This document shows positions 31,616 through 41,725 of a stretch of 64,000 nt of DNA, one piece after another. The DNA lies in assembly GCA_963817895.1 (NCBI GenBank), contig CAWFQB010000003.1, positions 224,001 to 288,000 on the forward strand, written 5' to 3'. This DNA is from an uncultured Chthonomonadaceae bacterium. Its GTDB lineage: Bacteria; Armatimonadota; Chthonomonadetes; Chthonomonadales; Chthonomonadaceae. Below the pieces are notes generated by a model. The model saw only the letters and a program-made list of their open reading frames with translations. It ran no database searches and was not told the DNA's origin. Position 1 is the stretch's first letter. Every line of letters begins with the position of its first letter. The translations under genes were made by a program, and so were the position numbers.

Positions 31616-32862
31616 ACGCTGCGCTTTCTGCCGATTCCGAGGCTGCCGCATTCTCTGCCCGAAATGAGCGTAAAACCATCCTCTTCTTCGACCATACCGC
31701 CAGTCTTGGCGGGGGAGAAGTGGCGCTGTTCAATCTGGTTCAGGGGCTGGATCGCGCCCGTTTCCGCCCGCTCGTCATACTGGGTTCGGAGGGGCCTCTG
31801 CTAAATAAATTGCGGGAAGCCGGAATTGAAACGCGAATACTGCCCATTGCGGACGATGTTGTGCAAACCCGCAAGGACACTCTGGGCGTGGGCAGTCTGC
31901 TGCGCCTGCGGGCTATGACGCACTCGACGAGTTATGCCCTGCGCCTGGCGCGGGTGATTCGGCAGGAAAACGCCGCCCTGGTGCATACAAATTCCCTGAA
32001 ATCCGATATTATCGGCGGACTTGCGGCGCGATTGGCGCGCGTTCCTGTAATCTGGCATGTGCGGGATCGCATCGAAACCGATTATCTGCCGCGTCCCATC
32101 GTGCTGCTGTTTCGCAATCTGTGTCGCTTTGTGCCTGATTATATTATCGCCAATTCCACGGCAACTCTGAAAACGTTGCACCTGCCGTCCAGTCGCCAGG
32201 CTTCCACCGTTTACAGCGGCGTGAGCGCGGAGCGCGGGCGCGTGGTGCATGACGGCGTGGCTCCCGCCGCCTTTTCACAGGAACATATCGGAAACTTCTC
32301 ATGTCCGGTTGTCGGGCTGATAGGACGCATCAGTCCGTGGAAAGGGCAGCATATCTTTGTGGAGATGGCCGGACACGTCCACGCCCGCTTTCCCGACGCG
32401 CGTTTTCAAATTTGCGGTTCGCCCCTGTTTGGCGAAGAGGCTTACGAAGCCGAAGTGCGCGCGCAGGTCGGGCGATTGGGGCTGGAGGATTGCGTGGAAT
32501 TTCTCGGATTTCGCTCCGACGTGTACAGCGTGATTCAGAAAATGGATATTGTAGTGCATGCGTCCACGACGGGGGAGCCGTTCGGGCAGGTGATTGTGGA
32601 GGGCATGGCCGCAGGCAAGCCCGTGGTGGCGACGCGGGGCGGCGGCGTACCCGAAATCGTCGAGGATGGTGTGACGGGACGGCTGGTTCCGATGAACGAT
32701 GTGCCGGCAATGGTTGCGGCGGTTCTTGATCTGCTTTCCGATCCCAAAGCCGCTCACGCGATGGGACAGGCCGGCTATCAGCGCGTACAGGAACAGTTTA
32801 CCATCGAACACAGCATTCGGCGCGTGGAAAGCATTTATGACAGCATTCTAGGAAGGGAGTAG
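31612..32862 (+). CDS. Glycosyltransferase family 4
   Basis: LGGGEVAL, WHVRD, GRISPWKGQ, EPFGQVIVEGMA. Confidence 0.92.
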   Translation: MNAALSADSEAAAFSARNERKTILFFDHTASLGGGEVALFNLVQGLDRARFRPLVILGSEGPLLNKLREAGIETRILPIADDVVQTRKDTLGVGSLLRLRAMTHSTSYALRLARVIRQENAALVHTNSLKSDIIGGLAARLARVPVIWHVRDRIETDYLPRPIVLLFRNLCRFVPDYIIANSTATLKTLHLPSSRQASTVYSGVSAERGRVVHDGVAPAAFSQEHIGNFSCPVVGLIGRISPWKGQHIFVEMAGHVHARFPDARFQICGSPLFGEEAYEAEVRAQVGRLGLEDCVEFLGFRSDVYSVIQKMDIVVHASTTGEPFGQVIVEGMAAGKPVVATRGGGVPEIVEDGVTGRLVPMNDVPAMVAAVLDLLSDPKAAHAMGQAGYQRVQEQFTIEHSIRRVESIYDSILGRE

Positions 32863-32942
32863 GGAGTAGGGGGTAGGGAGTAGGAAAAGCGTTGTTCCAC
32901 TTGTGCAGCGTCCTACTCCCTACTCCCTACTCCCTACTCCCT
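32854..32942. repeat. Heptamer-built inverted repeat, (AGGGAGT)n - loop - (ACTCCCT)n, copy 1
   Basis: Arms 32854-32885 and 32911-32942 are 32-nt reverse complements with one mismatch, around a 25-nt loop. Overlaps the stop codon of the upstream GT4. Confidence 0.9.
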
Positions 32943-32954
32943 GCATGTAAGACT

Positions 32955-33860
32955 ATGCCGGAAATTACGGTTGGTTTCAAAACCGATGTCGGGCGCGTTC
33001 GGACGCTGAATCAGGACAGCCTGGCGGTCATGTCCGCAGCAGAATTGAAGGGGCGGGCGGAGGGATTGTTTATTGTCGCCGATGGCGTGGGCGGCAACCG
33101 AAGGGGCGGGGAGATTGCCAGCCGTATGGCCGTTCAAATCGTCACGGAGGCGATCCGCGCCGCATTGACTACAGCCGACACTCTGCCCCCGCCCGCGCTG
33201 GAAGAGCTGATCGCGTCGAGCCTGAAAGCCGCCAACGCCGCGGTGTGGCAGCAGGGAAAGCGCGTGTATGAACAGCAGGGCATGGGAACCACCTGCGTCC
33301 TGGCGCTGGCGCGAGATGCGGACCTGATTATCGGGAACGTGGGGGATAGCCGCTGCTATCTGCTGCGCAATGGCTATTTGGATCAGATCACCAACGACCA
33401 CGCCTTTCTGGATATGGGCCGGGGTTCGCGCGCCTCCGAGGACCAGTCGGGAAGCCGCCTGCAATTTCGGCATGTCATGACACGCGCCATCGGGTACGCC
33501 AGCGTTGTCGAGCCGGAAGTGGAAGCGTTTCGCCTGCGGGAAGGCGACGCGCTGCTGCTGTGCAGCGACGGTCTTACCAAACAACTCGACCAGGCCGAGA
33601 TTGCCGCGCTTGTGGCTGTCCGCGAAGCGCCCCAGGCGATTTGTGAGAAGCTGGTGGCCGCTGCCAACGCGAAAGGGGGCGACGACAACATCACCGTGAT
33701 TGTGGCGCATTATGGAAGCGTTCCACTCGCGCATACTCCGGCGACCGATCCTGCCGGGGCAGCCTGCGCAGTCAAAACGGGCGATGCGGATAGCGTTACT
33801 GCCGGTCCACGCGTGAATTCGTGGCGCAGGCGGCTGCGACGCCTGCTGAAACACCGATAA
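32955..33860 (+). CDS. PP2C/PPM-family protein phosphatase (Stp1/PrpC-like)
   Basis: GRVR..NQD, IVADGVGG, MGTT, NVGDSRCY, TRAIG, LCSDGL, GGDDNITV. Confidence 0.93.
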   Translation: MPEITVGFKTDVGRVRTLNQDSLAVMSAAELKGRAEGLFIVADGVGGNRRGGEIASRMAVQIVTEAIRAALTTADTLPPPALEELIASSLKAANAAVWQQGKRVYEQQGMGTTCVLALARDADLIIGNVGDSRCYLLRNGYLDQITNDHAFLDMGRGSRASEDQSGSRLQFRHVMTRAIGYASVVEPEVEAFRLREGDALLLCSDGLTKQLDQAEIAALVAVREAPQAICEKLVAAANAKGGDDNITVIVAHYGSVPLAHTPATDPAGAACAVKTGDADSVTAGPRVNSWRRRLRRLLKHR

Positions 33861-33962
33861 TCCGGCGCATACCCGCATTTATACTGTTATAACCATTGCC
33901 AGTAAACCGGTGACGAAAAAAAATTAGAAAATAATCTGCCAATCCGCTTATTTTAAGGCTAG

Positions 33963-33979
33963 TTGGCATGAATTATGCA
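33963..33979 (+). promoter_or_regulatory. Putative sigma54 (-24/-12) promoter
   Basis: TTGGCATGAATTATGCA has exact GG-N10-GC spacing and 2 mismatches to YTGGCACGNNNNTTGCW. Lies in an AT-rich intergenic region about 80 bp before a PEP-CTERM gene. Confidence 0.7.
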
Positions 33980-34057
33980 ATAATTAAATATGTCCTCTCA
34001 GCCAGACATCGCATTCCGAAGCGATGCGTTTCACTTGACCCTTGAAGGAGACCTTGA

Positions 34058-34927
34058 ATGATCCGTCACGTTCGACATTTATTTACCGGCATTGCTCTAG
34101 CCGCAGCCCTTTCCTGCGCCGTCTTTGCTTCCGCCCAGACCATCTACGTTTCAACAGGCGCTACCGGAGGAACGACCGGCACTCTGGGGACCATTACGAC
34201 ATCGGGCGTATTTACCCCCATTGGCATAACAAGCGTACAGTTGACCGCCCTCGCGTTCTCTCCCACTGGCGTTTTGTACGGGGCAGGAACGGATGCGACA
34301 ACCGGCGCAGTCACTCTTTATACCGTGAATCCGACTTCAGGTATGCTCACCCAGGTTGGCTCCACAGGCCTGGGCAACCTCGCGCAGGGAGATCAGGCGA
34401 ACGGCCTGGCATTCAGCCCCGGCGGCATTTTGTACACGGTGGACGCGAATTTCGCCGGGTTTCCCAACGGATCCAGCAGCCTGTATACCGTTAATACCAG
34501 CACGGGCGCGGCGACTCAGGTTGGACCAGTCGGTAACCTCTCTCAGGGCACTATCGGCTTCGACGGCAGCGGCAACCTGTATGAAATCAACAACCAACTC
34601 ACCCCGAACCGTTTTGATATACTGGACCAGGGGACGGGAGCCGGAACGCAACTCGGTAACACCGCGTTTACGGATGTCTTCGGCCTGGCGTTTTCAAATG
34701 GCGCGCTTTACGGCTTTGCCAACGTGAACAACCGGGTCATCACTATCAACACTGCCACCGGCGTAGGCACATCGGTAGCCACGTTTAACACGGGCGGCAC
34801 CGGCATAATTCTTGCCGCGACCCCGTTCGTGTCCGCTGTTCCCGAACCCTCCACGCTGGCCCTGCTGATGAGCATGGGCGTGGCCGGCACAAGCGTGTTC
34901 CTGCGCCGCAAGCGCGCGACCGCGTAG
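34058..34927 (+). CDS. PEP-CTERM sorting-domain protein with repeated beta-propeller-like blades
   Basis: Signal peptide ending ASA-Q. Thr/Gly/Ser rich with repeats like LYTVN..TG..TQVG. C-terminus VPEPSTLALLMSMGVAGTSVFLRRKR. AAGGAG RBS. Confidence 0.92.
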   Translation: MIRHVRHLFTGIALAAALSCAVFASAQTIYVSTGATGGTTGTLGTITTSGVFTPIGITSVQLTALAFSPTGVLYGAGTDATTGAVTLYTVNPTSGMLTQVGSTGLGNLAQGDQANGLAFSPGGILYTVDANFAGFPNGSSSLYTVNTSTGAATQVGPVGNLSQGTIGFDGSGNLYEINNQLTPNRFDILDQGTGAGTQLGNTAFTDVFGLAFSNGALYGFANVNNRVITINTATGVGTSVATFNTGGTGIILAATPFVSAVPEPSTLALLMSMGVAGTSVFLRRKRATA

Positions 34928-34967
34928 CTGCCATGCGTTTCAACCGTGTGGCGCGGTATCCTTCCTG

Positions 34968-35014
34968 ACAGTCACAGGCCAAGAGTAATATTCGGCCTGT
35001 GACTGTTTGTTGTT
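34968..35014 (+). terminator. Probable intrinsic terminator or stabilising hairpin after the PEP-CTERM gene
   Basis: Perfect 13-bp stem ACAGTCACAGGCC / GGCCTGTGACTGT followed by TTGTTGTT. Confidence 0.65.
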
Positions 35015-35024
35015 ACTGGGAACT

Positions 35025-35924
35025 ATGGCTGTTCTGGAAGAGGAAAATGCAAAACCCGTTGCCCTATCCGCAGGCAAAAGGGGCATAGCGACAACAGGGC
35101 GCGGCGACGCTTCCTGTTGGCTGTTGTTGGGCGCGCTGCTCGCCCTGTACGCGCCGGTCGTGTGGGAAACGGCGCATATCTGGCTGACGGACGAATACGC
35201 GGCGCACGGCTTTTTGATACCGTTTCTGGCCGGCCTGCTTGTCTGGTGGCGGCGGGAGGAACTTGCGAGGGTCGGGCGCGGCTGCCACTACGGGGGATTG
35301 TTTTTCATTGCCGTCGGACTGCTGCTGGAGATGCTGGCGTGGTATGCCCGTATTCGGGTATTTGCCATGCTGTCGCTTGTGCCGGTCCTGCTCGGCCTGT
35401 CGCTGCTGCTTGGCGGAATTCGCGTGACGCGCATCCTGCTGTTTCCGATTCTGTTTCTCGGTTTTGCGGCTCCCCTGCCTATCTGGCTGGTGCAGCCGGT
35501 CAGCTTCCCCATTCAAAACCTGTCGTGCCGCGCCGCCGCCTGGAGCGTGCAGCAGATGGGCGTGCCGGTGTCGCAGGAGGGATTTACCGTCGGGCTGACC
35601 AATGGCAGCGCGGTCGAAGTGGCCGAGGAGTGCAGCGGCTTCAAGAAAACGCTCACCGTCACCGTGTTCGCCTGCTTTTATGTGTCGCTGTTTGAGATAC
35701 CTTTCTGGAAGCAGGGCGTTTTCACGCTGCTGGCGATGCCGCTGGCGATTGTGGCGAACATTATACGGGTCGCGGGCTTGATACTGGCCGCCAATACCTG
35801 GGGCATGTCGGGCGTTCACCGGCTGCATGGCATGGCCGATCCATTCGTCGTATGCCTGTGCTTTGCGCTGCTGCTGTGGGCGGGGAGAGTGTTGGGATGC
35901 CGAAAACTGCGCTACTCCGGTTAA
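35025..35924 (+). CDS. xrt: Exosortase (EpsH/Xrt family)
   Basis: W...EYAAHGFLIP, about 8 TM helices, catalytic-type VAEECSG (Cys), NIIRV (Arg), RLHG (His). Adjacent to a PEP-CTERM gene. Confidence 0.92.
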   Translation: MAVLEEENAKPVALSAGKRGIATTGRGDASCWLLLGALLALYAPVVWETAHIWLTDEYAAHGFLIPFLAGLLVWWRREELARVGRGCHYGGLFFIAVGLLLEMLAWYARIRVFAMLSLVPVLLGLSLLLGGIRVTRILLFPILFLGFAAPLPIWLVQPVSFPIQNLSCRAAAWSVQQMGVPVSQEGFTVGLTNGSAVEVAEECSGFKKTLTVTVFACFYVSLFEIPFWKQGVFTLLAMPLAIVANIIRVAGLILAANTWGMSGVHRLHGMADPFVVCLCFALLLWAGRVLGCRKLRYSG

Positions 35925-36586
35925 CCCTTTCCGGTCTGCTGCTGCTGGCCTGCCTTGTCAATCACGCGCTGCCCCGCATGCCAACGCCCCGTCTGCGCGT
36001 GGTTCCCATTGAGGATATGCCGCGCCAGGTGGGAACGTGGACGTGTACAGAGGAGTTGCCGATTGAGGCCAAAGTGCGCGCGGTGTTGCCGGACGCCGCC
36101 TTTTTGTCCCGCGTGTATCGCGACAACCGGGGCCGAACCGCGCAGTTGTTTCTGGAAACCTCACAGGACGCGCAGATGTTCCATTCGCCCACGCAGTGTA
36201 TGCCCGCGCAAAACTGGAACATTCTGAATACGCGCCGGGTGGATATTCTGCCGGACGCGGCGGGCAAAATGACTGCCGGAAGTTCTGCGCGGAGGGCTTC
36301 AGATACCGGGGGGCCTGATCCGGGCGAAGTCGGCGGCTCGGCGGCTACGGAGATGGACATGCAGAGCGGGGAACAGAACATGCTCCTGCTGTACTGGTAC
36401 AACACGGAGCGCCAACTGGACAAATGGCAGGCGCTGAAAACCAAACTGCTTTCCGGTCGCCCTCAAACGCGCCTGTTCGCCCGGATTCTGGTTCCCGCAT
36501 CCGAGGATTTTACCCCGGCTGCGCAAACCGGGCGGGACTTCGCGCAGGCGTTGCTGCCGGCCCTTGCCCAACTGGAAAAACAGTGA
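35897..36586 (+). CDS. epsI: Exosortase-associated EpsI family protein
   Basis: N-terminal TM, P.QVGTW, SRVY, FHSPTQCMPAQNW, LLYWY. Overlaps the exosortase 3' end. Confidence 0.8.
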   Translation: MPKTALLRLTLSGLLLLACLVNHALPRMPTPRLRVVPIEDMPRQVGTWTCTEELPIEAKVRAVLPDAAFLSRVYRDNRGRTAQLFLETSQDAQMFHSPTQCMPAQNWNILNTRRVDILPDAAGKMTAGSSARRASDTGGPDPGEVGGSAATEMDMQSGEQNMLLLYWYNTERQLDKWQALKTKLLSGRPQTRLFARILVPASEDFTPAAQTGRDFAQALLPALAQLEKQ

Positions 36587-36838
36587 AGCCTTTTGGCTTC
36601 GTTCCTCCTCACCCCTTTCCCAATGTTGTGACAGGGTGGGCAGACGCGCAGGAAAATGGGTACGGAAGTACCCTGCGTGGAAGCCGGGCGCGAAAACCGG
36701 TACATCTATCACCGTAAAACATGCGGTGTTCGGGCGCAACCCCTACCCATTTGCGCGATTGTATGATATTATTTATAGGATACCGGCGCAAACGGCGCGC
36801 CCGCGCCGGTTATGATTTTGAAAGAGCCATTCGCAGTT

Positions 36839-37909
36839 ATGGAATCGCCTGAACCATCTCCCGTTTCTCCATCCCAACCCGGCGCGCTGCCCCCGATTTC
36901 GGGCTGGCTTGAGCCGGTGGATGAGAGTGAATATTACGAAGAGGAAGTGCCAATTGATCCGCCCCTGACCCCGAAAGTCAGGCGCGTTATCGCGCTTCTT
37001 CTGATTGCCGCGCTGCTGGTGGGCGGCGCGACCGGCGCGCTCCTGACGCGGCAGCGCTACCGGGGCAGGCAGGTCGTCGCTTCCGTGAACGGCGTCGTGA
37101 TAGAGGAACCGGACTTTTTGCATCGCATGGAGATGGAAACGGGGAACAACACCCTGCGCCAGATGGTTTCGGAAGAATTGCAGCTGCAATATGCGCGCAA
37201 ACTGGGCGTGTACCCCTCCGATGCCGATGTGATGGCGCGTTATGAACAGATGAGCGCGCAGCCCAACTTCGGGCAATATCTCACGTCCACCCGCCAGACG
37301 CCCGCCGACGTGCTGCACACGATTCGTGTCACGCTGGCCGCCGACGGGCTTGTCACCAAAGGCGCTATCGTCAGCGATGCCGAAGTTCGCGCCTATTACG
37401 ACCAAAATGCCGATAAGAACAATCCGCAGGCGCGATACTACACGCCCAGAACGGTATCCATTGAAGTCGTGAAAACCCGTTCGCAGGCGAAAATCAATCA
37501 GGCCGCGGCGGAACTTGCCAAAAACGCGCCATTCGCGCAAATCGCGGCGAAATACAGCGAGGATGCGAGCCGCGCTTCGGGCGGCGTTCTGCCTCCTGTC
37601 CCTTACGGGCGCACCCCCTCCACGCGGGTCACGGGCGCGCAGGATAGAGTGTTCGGTCTGCAAATCGGCGAACAGATGGGGCCAATACAGATGGCCGGTT
37701 TCTGGTGGATTATTCGCTGTCTGGATAAAAAACCGGAAACCCTGCGCTCCTTTGAAGAGGTAAAGGACGAGTGCCGCCACAACGTCCTGATTGCCAAAGG
37801 ACTGCCCGCCAACGGCGAAAAAGTGCGCGAAAACTATCGCAAGTTCATGCAGGACGCCAACATACGCGCCTTCTGGCCGCAGTACAAACGCATCATCGGA
37901 GGGAAGTAG
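36839..37909 (+). CDS. SurA/PrsA-like PpiC-type peptidyl-prolyl isomerase (membrane anchored)
   Basis: One TM, VASVNGVVI, FAQIAAKYSED...SGG.L, GPIQ...FWWII. Start uncertain (36812 or 36839). Confidence 0.82.
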   Translation: MESPEPSPVSPSQPGALPPISGWLEPVDESEYYEEEVPIDPPLTPKVRRVIALLLIAALLVGGATGALLTRQRYRGRQVVASVNGVVIEEPDFLHRMEMETGNNTLRQMVSEELQLQYARKLGVYPSDADVMARYEQMSAQPNFGQYLTSTRQTPADVLHTIRVTLAADGLVTKGAIVSDAEVRAYYDQNADKNNPQARYYTPRTVSIEVVKTRSQAKINQAAAELAKNAPFAQIAAKYSEDASRASGGVLPPVPYGRTPSTRVTGAQDRVFGLQIGEQMGPIQMAGFWWIIRCLDKKPETLRSFEEVKDECRHNVLIAKGLPANGEKVRENYRKFMQDANIRAFWPQYKRIIGGK

Positions 37910-37980
37910 GGAGTAGGTTGTAGGGCGTGGGGAGTAGAACAAGGCTTTTCCTACTCCCTGCAACCTACTCCCTACTCCCT
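37900..37980. repeat. Heptamer-built inverted repeat, copy 2
   Basis: AGGGAGT-type units on the left arm pair with ACTCCCT units on the right. The variant unit AGGTTG is mirrored by CAACCT. Overlaps the PpiC stop codon. Confidence 0.85.
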
Positions 37981-38002
37981 GCATTTAAGGTTTAAGCAAC
38001 AC

Positions 38003-40286
38003 ATGTCGGAAGAGTTTTCCACGCAGGCTTCGGAAATATCGCTGCGAGATTATGCGGATCTGCTGCGTCGGCGCAAGTACATCGTGCTTCAAACGTTTGT
38101 ACTCGTGCTGATGGTCGGAACCATAGTCACGTTTCTGACCAAACCCACGTATCGCGCCGGGGCGCGGATTCTGGTGGAGGGCCGGGAATTCACCGTTGCC
38201 CAGTACAACACCTCCGATCCCCTGAGCAGCCTGTTCATGCCGGACGCGGGGCATGACATCGCCACTCAGATCGAAGTGCTGCAAAGCGCCCGCGTGATGA
38301 ACGATGCGTACAAAGAGGCCGGGATCACGCCTGCCGACGCGCGTGTGGACATCAAGCAGATCGGCGCGACGGACGTGATTGAAATCCTCACCGAGTCCAA
38401 CAAGACGGATTACGCCGAGCGTATGGCGCAGGTGCTGCCCGACATCTACCTGAAATACATGACGGGCAACCGCAAACACGAAGTTGTCAACGCGCTTGAA
38501 TCGTCGCGGGCGTCGCTGAATGAGGAGAAGCAGAAACTCAGCCAGGCGGAAGGCGACATTCAGCGCTTCAAGCAGAACACCCATCTGCCGGACGTGACGC
38601 TGGACAAGGCGCAGCGAATCAGCGCGGCGAACGTGGCGGAGGGCGAAGTGAAACGCGCGCAGACCGATGTGGCTTCGGCAACCGCCCGACTGACCGCGCT
38701 TCAGGCCGACCGCCAGCGCCAGCCCGATGTTATCGAAACCCCGACGACAACGACCAACAACGCGGCCCTGTTCGCCGCGCAGGAACGTTTGACACAGCTG
38801 CGCAACGAGCGCGAACGCCTGCTTGCCGGGTACAAGTCCGGCAGTTTTGAAATCAATCAGGTGGACACGCAGATCGCGCAGGCCGAACTACAGCTGAAAA
38901 ACACGCCCGCCGCCGTAACCAGCGTAACCCATGCGCCAAACCCCGTGTTAAGCGGTTACGACCAGAAGATTTCCGACGCGCAGGCGACGCTGGACGCGGG
39001 GCAGGCGCAGCTGGCGAAAGCGCAGAGTCAGTCGCGGGAGGCAACCGCCGCGCTTGGTAAATTCAGCAAGCTAGATCGGCGGCAGGCGGAACTACAGCGG
39101 TCGCTGGATGAACACCAGTCCAATGTCAAAACCCTGACCGCGACCGTGCAAATGCTGGACCTGCGCGACAAAGCCTCGCACGATCCCTTGATGACCATCA
39201 CGCCCGCCGGCCCCGCCGTACAGGTGGCCCCGCGCCCGGTTATCAACATGGTGTATTCGGCGGTTGTGGGCCTGATACTCGCGCTGGGGCTTGCCCTGTT
39301 GCAGGAGTTCATGGACGACCGGGTCAATTCGCCCGAAGACGCGCGGCGGATGCTGGATACCCCGGTGTTGGGCTACGTTCCCCTGATTGAAAAAGAGGAG
39401 GGGCGGCTGCTCAGTCAAACCCGCAGCAACGGCGCGATTCTGGAAAGCTACCGCGTGGTTCGCTCCAATGTGCAGTTCGCCACGCTCGGCTCGCAGGTGT
39501 GTTCCCTTCTCGTCACAAGCACGGTTCCGGGCGAAGGCAAGTCCGTGACCGCTACCAATCTCGCGATTGCGATGGCGCTGGACGGCAAAAAGGTGATCCT
39601 TGTGGATGCCGACCTGCGCCGCTCTACCAGTGCATCAGAAATTCGATGTGCCGCAATCTCCGGGCCTGACCAACGTGCTTATCGGGCGCACCTCGCTGGA
39701 AGCTGCCCTGCGCGATACGGAATTTCCCGGCCTGCGCCTGCTGACAGCCGGACCGCAGCCGCCCAACCCGGCGGAACTGCTCAATTCCGAACCCATGCAG
39801 CGGATACACGAGCGGCTCAAAGAGTACGCCGATGTGGTGATTTACGACAGCCCGCCCTGTCTGGCGACAGCGGACGCGCAGGTGCTTTCCGCGTCGGTTG
39901 ACGGCGTGATGTACGTGATTCAACTGGGCGAAACCAAGAAATCGGGCGTCCGCCACGCGATGGAACTGCTGCATCAGGCCCACGCCAACGTACTGGGCGT
40001 GATCTTCAACAAGGTGCGCCCCAACGGCAAGCAGAGCGGCTACTACGATTACTATGGCTACTACGGCTACTACGGCAGCGTTTACGGCGAGGACGGCGCG
40101 CGCAAGCGCGTGAGTTCCGAATTTGAAGCCCTGCTTGCCGATGGCGAGGCCGAGCCGCCGGAAGTGGCGGCGGCGATACTGCCCCCCGCGGAACTGCGCC
40201 CCAATGACAATTCGGATGCCGGACCCGATGTAAGACCCGGCGAAAGCCGAACCAGAAGCCGCAAGGGCGGGGGAAAGGAAGACTGA
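38003..40286 (+). pseudogene. wzc: Polysaccharide co-polymerase / BY-kinase (Wzc), frameshifted near 39630 (possible sequencing indel)
   Basis: EISLRDY..LLRRR, two TM helices with coiled coil, Walker A PGEGKS, VDADLRR. The second frame supplies IYDSPP and the Tyr cluster GYYDYYGYYGYYGSVY. Confidence 0.9.
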
Positions 40287-40287
40287 C

Positions 40288-41591
40288 ATGTCGCGATGCC
40301 GCCGGGCGGAATTCTCCGCCGTGCTTGTAACCGGAGTTTTCCTTGTCCTGCTGGTTCCGGCGCATGGCGAAGACACGCCCAAAACCGCGCCTGCTCCGTC
40401 CCCCGTAGCCGCTCCAAAAGCAACGCCGCGAGACGGGACAAAAACGGCGGACAAAACGACAAAAGATACTCCTGCCGCAAAGGATACCGGCGCGGTTCCC
40501 CCGGCCCTGCTGAGTACATTCTGGGAGCGGACGACGTAATTGAAATGAGCGTCAGCCACCATGTTGACCTGAACCGCCAGATGACCATTCTGCCGGATGG
40601 CAAAATCACCCTGCCCGACCTGGGCGATTTTCAGGCGTCCGGCAAGACCCGGCGCGAACTGGCGGCGGAGATTCAGGCCGGCTATGAAAAAACGCTGAAC
40701 AACGCGAATGTCACTATCATCGTGCGCGAATCGCGTTCGCGCAAGGTGGGAGTGACCGGCGGCGTCCATGCGTCCGGCTATTATGACCTGAAACAAAATT
40801 GGCGATTGATGGATTTGATCGCTTCGGCGGGCGGACTGAGCGGCAAACCCAATCGTATTAAAGGACGGCTACTGCGCAATCTGAAAACCGTTACCCTGGA
40901 TGTGGAACGCGCCAACGCCAAACCGGACGACGAACAGGCCAACATGACGCTTCAAGCGGGCAACATCGTGCTGCTGGACGAGCTGCCGCCATTGCATGAT
41001 GAGGTGTCCGTGCTGGGGCAGGTGGCGCATATCGGCACGTATAATCTGGACGAGCATACCACGCTGATCACGCTGATTACGCAGGCGGGCGGGCCGTCGG
41101 AACGCGCTGCCCTGAAGAAAGCCTATGTGCGCCGGGGCAACACGCAAATTCCGCTCAACCTGCGCCCCTCGCTGGCTCTGAACCAAACCGACGAGAAAAT
41201 TACCAATTTTAAGCTGGAAGCGGGCGACGTGCTGATAATCCCCGAAATCGAGCAGCGTTACGCCGTAATGGGGCAGGTGGCGCGTCCCGCCTACTATCCG
41301 ATCCCTGAAAAAGGCCCGGTCAACGTTTTTGAAGCGTTCAACTTCGCGGGCGGGCAACTGCCGAGCGGAGATTTGTCCAAAGCGGGTATCATACGTATGG
41401 TGGACGGCAAGCCGACCGTCATTAAAGTGAACATGAACAACGTGCTGAAAAAGCCCGAAACCGCCATGAACATCACGTTGCAGCCGGAGGACGTGCTGAT
41501 GGTTCCCCTGCGCGGCCAGCGCGGCCTGACCATTCAGGATGCCCTGTCGCCACTTTCGGTTCTAAGTTTATTCGGATTACGATTTTTCTAG
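40288..41591 (+). pseudogene. wza: Polysaccharide export protein (Wza/OPX, SLBB repeats), frameshifted near 40500 (possible sequencing indel)
   Basis: Signal peptide and low-complexity linker in frame 40288. EYILGADD...ILPDGKITLP and three SLBB-like repeats in frame 40296. One more C in the C5 run at 40498-40502 joins them. Confidence 0.87.
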
Positions 41592-41725
41592 GAAAATTTT
41601 AATATCTTCTCACTACTCTCTGTGTTAGTTTGGCGGACGCGCGAGGCGCCGCCAATATCGTTCCTGTACGCGGACGGCTCGGATGCGCGAGGCACCGGGC
41701 GGAAGGCGACGGAAAGGACACGAAT

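Noticed and set aside
32892..32954. N-terminal extension of the PP2C ORF (LLPTPYSLLP)
   Set aside because: It is the translation of the heptamer repeat arm. The domain starts at ATG 32955.
39600..40286. Separate CpsD/CapB-type kinase gene
   Set aside because: The break falls inside the kinase domain just after DADLRR, so it is a frameshifted Wzc and not a natural two-gene split.
40490..40510. Programmed frameshift or phase-variable tract in wza
   Set aside because: The run is only 5 C, too short for a typical contingency tract, and similar indels are scattered across the window.
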